A stretch of DNA of 56,438 bases from NCBI GenBank assembly GCA_014859205.1, contig JACUUR010000002.1, positions 1 through 56,438 of the forward strand, written 5' to 3'. Under the pieces are notes generated by a model. The model saw only the letters and a list, made by a program, of their open reading frames with translations. It ran no database searches and was not told where the DNA came from. Positions within the stretch are counted from its first letter, which is position 1. Each line of letters begins with the position of its first letter. Shown here one piece after another: positions 54,599 through 56,438 of this stretch. Source of the stretch: Dehalococcoidia bacterium (GTDB taxonomy: Bacteria > Chloroflexota > Dehalococcoidia > GIF9 > AB-539-J10). Both the position numbers and the translations under genes were made by a program.

Positions 54599-56067
54599 GC
54601 AATCCGCACTTCTGGATCATAACCGTCCTGTTCGTCTTTCTGACCATATCTCATTTCACCGAGGTACTATCACACTTACCATTCCTGGGGCACATCTCGA
54701 TGCCCGCAGCCCTGGAACTGTCACGTCACAGTCTGGAGCGGCTGTTATATCTCCTGTTGATGCTCTACGCAGGCTGGGCGCTGGGGCTTATCGGGGGTGT
54801 CGTGCTATGGACGTCAAGCGCCGCGGCCATGCTGCTTCGCACCTTCATCATCTCGCCCAATTTCAGAGATGCTTTGATGGAAAGCCTGGCTAGCCTGGCT
54901 GTTGGCGCCCTCGCCATCACCCTCATGGCCACCTACCGGCAGAACCAGCGACAACAGCGCAAACTGGAAAAGGCGATCAGAGACGGCGAGTTGGCCCGGC
55001 GGAACTATGAAGAGCTGTTTGCTAACGCTAGCGACGCCATCTGGGTTCACGATATGGAGGGGAAGATCACCCTGGCCAACAAGGCCTGTGAAAAGCTGAC
55101 CGGTTACCCGATCTCAGAGCTGACTGGCAAGAACGTACGCGATTTTATCGCCATGGAGGCGCTGCCTTTGACGAGGGAGGTGAAAGACAGGCTGCTAAGA
55201 GGAGAGGCTATGGACCAGAGGTATGAGCGCAGACTGATCAAGAAGGACGGGTCTGAAGCGATCATACAGTTGTCCACCCGCCTCATCGTCAGTGACGGCG
55301 AGCCTCAGGCCTTTCAGCACCTGGCCCGTGATATCACTGAGGAGCGAAGATTGCAGGACAATCTGCAGTTCTACCTGAGACAGGTTCTACAGGCACAGGA
55401 GGAGGAGCGCAAGCGCCTTGCCCGTGAACTCCATGACGACGCGTCTCAGCAGACACTGCTGCTAACGCACGGCATAGATAACCTCGCCAGCAGGATTGAG
55501 AAGTATCTGCCCGAAGAGCTCCGAGATGATTTGGGCAGACTGCATGGTCTCTCCCAACAGACGTACGACAGCATCAAGCGCTACGCTCAGGCTCTGAGGC
55601 CCCGCATCCTGGACGACCTGGGCCTCGTGCCGGCCATCAAATGGCTGGCGCAGGAAGTCCATGAACTCAGCGGAATCGAGATAGAGGTGCAGACGGATAC
55701 CATCCCGCCACTGGCTCCAGAGATTCAGCTGGTCTTGTTCCGCATCGTTCAGGAGGCACTGAACAATATCCATAGGCACTCGCGCGCTTCTGAAGCCACC
55801 GTTCAAGTGCAGTGCACGGACAACGAGATCAACGTCACCATTACCGACAACGGCAAGGGTTTTGAGATTCCCAAGCAGTTGAGTGACTTCACCCGTCGCG
55901 GTATGCTGGGCCTCACCGGCATGGCGGAGCGAGCTCAGTTAGTAGGCGGACACCTTGATGTCCGTTCCGGGGAAGGGAAGGGGACCGAGTTGCGGGTGAC
56001 GGTACCTACACGGCTCTACACCCCGGCCGGGAGTCAAAGTGAACAGCGGCAGAAGGCCAGCGATTGA
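54550..56067 (+). CDS. Membrane sensor histidine kinase, HisKA_3 (NarX/DegS) type with a PAS domain
   Basis: Hydrophobic N-terminal segments. PAS region YEELFANASDAIWVHDMEGKITLANKACEKLTGY. H-box RKRLARELHDDASQQ. HATPase region EALNNIHRHS...DNGKGF...GLTGMAERAQLVGG. The start overlaps the regulator gene by 49 nt and is uncertain. Confidence 0.8.
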   Translation: MGIDNSRRFRRKAPRLGNPHFWIITVLFVFLTISHFTEVLSHLPFLGHISMPAALELSRHSLERLLYLLLMLYAGWALGLIGGVVLWTSSAAAMLLRTFIISPNFRDALMESLASLAVGALAITLMATYRQNQRQQRKLEKAIRDGELARRNYEELFANASDAIWVHDMEGKITLANKACEKLTGYPISELTGKNVRDFIAMEALPLTREVKDRLLRGEAMDQRYERRLIKKDGSEAIIQLSTRLIVSDGEPQAFQHLARDITEERRLQDNLQFYLRQVLQAQEEERKRLARELHDDASQQTLLLTHGIDNLASRIEKYLPEELRDDLGRLHGLSQQTYDSIKRYAQALRPRILDDLGLVPAIKWLAQEVHELSGIEIEVQTDTIPPLAPEIQLVLFRIVQEALNNIHRHSRASEATVQVQCTDNEINVTITDNGKGFEIPKQLSDFTRRGMLGLTGMAERAQLVGGHLDVRSGEGKGTELRVTVPTRLYTPAGSQSEQRQKASD

Positions 56068-56189
56068 GGGCAAGAACAGACTAACCACACAGTGTGTAGT
56101 GACCCGATGCTTCACCTTCGACTCAGTGTGTTGTCACTTTATACAGCCTGCTCACGCCTTCTCAACCCTGACTGCGGCAAGTTTGAACT

Positions 56190-56438
56190 CTGGGATCTTG
56201 GCTGCCGGGTCACGCTCGGGGCTGGGCAAGACGCTTCCTGCCGCCTCATCACAACCAAGAAGACGTGAGCAGGCGCGGGAAACCGGCCGGGGATCGCGAG
56301 AGCCCAGTACGGGCTGGGGATGATGCATATGCCACCCACGGCAGCCGGGGAGGTACTGGAGATCGTCGTGCGCCGTTACGAAGAGGGGGCGATCATCATG
56401 ACGACCAACCGTCCTCTGGAGGACTGGGGCCAGGTGCT
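56190..56438 (+). pseudogene. istB: Decayed IS21-family istB (AAA+ helper ATPase) remnant, running off the window edge
   Basis: Frame 2 encodes a Walker-A-like GSRSGLGKT (GLGKT at 56219-56233) and stops at 56321-56323. Frame 1 then encodes EVLEIVVRRYEEGAIIMTTNRPLEDWGQV, which matches the IstB C-terminal LFxxIxxRYExxSxIxTxNxxxxxW pattern. The spacing between the two is too short and a frameshift is needed. No istA lies upstream. Confidence 0.45.

Noticed and set aside
56039-56339. ORFs 56039-56323 (+) and 56139-56339 (-) as intact small genes
   Set aside because: They are better explained as frames through a degraded istB remnant. No RBS or coherent domain is present.

Overview
GC-rich, densely coding 56.4 kb bacterial chromosomal window. 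Gene content suggests a strict anaerobe, possibly Chloroflexota/Dehalococcoidia-like, but the taxon is inference only. I recognised no rRNA, tRNA or CRISPR array.

Positions 1-33.5 kb are mostly housekeeping and amino-acid/acyl-CoA metabolism:
- a peptide deformylase family gene with a variant metal motif
- an ADP-forming acyl-CoA synthetase alpha-like protein and a crotonase
- carbamate kinase plus a P-loop cyclic-2,3-diphosphoglycerate-synthetase-like protein
- a GNAT/GT4/tandem-GNAT/PIG-L set reminiscent of MshA/MshD/MshB
- a 900-aa secreted 8-blade propeller + 15-LRR protein
- pxpABC flanked by DUF4392 and DUF1445 genes (the two halves of D-glutamate cyclase)
- groES-groEL with a CIRCE operator
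- Leu/Val dehydrogenase plus a four-subunit 2-oxoacid:ferredoxin oxidoreductase behind a structured leader
- tsaD, a CPA2 antiporter plus CBS protein, and mobA

Positions 33.5-56.1 kb are the most interesting part, a redox island. It holds an eight-gene minus-strand train: hdrA-like (422 aa), hdrA-like (548 aa), mvhD, metV, metF, hdrC-like, a 1491-aa HdrL-like double HdrA with an inserted GltD/NfnB module, and a second mvhD. No HdrB/CCG protein is present. A cNMP-domain histidine kinase and two stand-alone receivers lie directly upstream on the same strand. The island also carries a second metF, and a formate dehydrogenase operon: a small helical protein, nuoE-like, a nuoF::gltD fusion, and a Cys-type fdhA whose C-terminus repeats the small protein. 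A NarL-type two-component pair follows, and the window ends in a decayed IS21 istB remnant.

Most long antisense ORFs in the supplied track are GC-driven shadow ORFs. Several track ORFs have spurious N-terminal extensions, which I trimmed using RBS and overlap logic.
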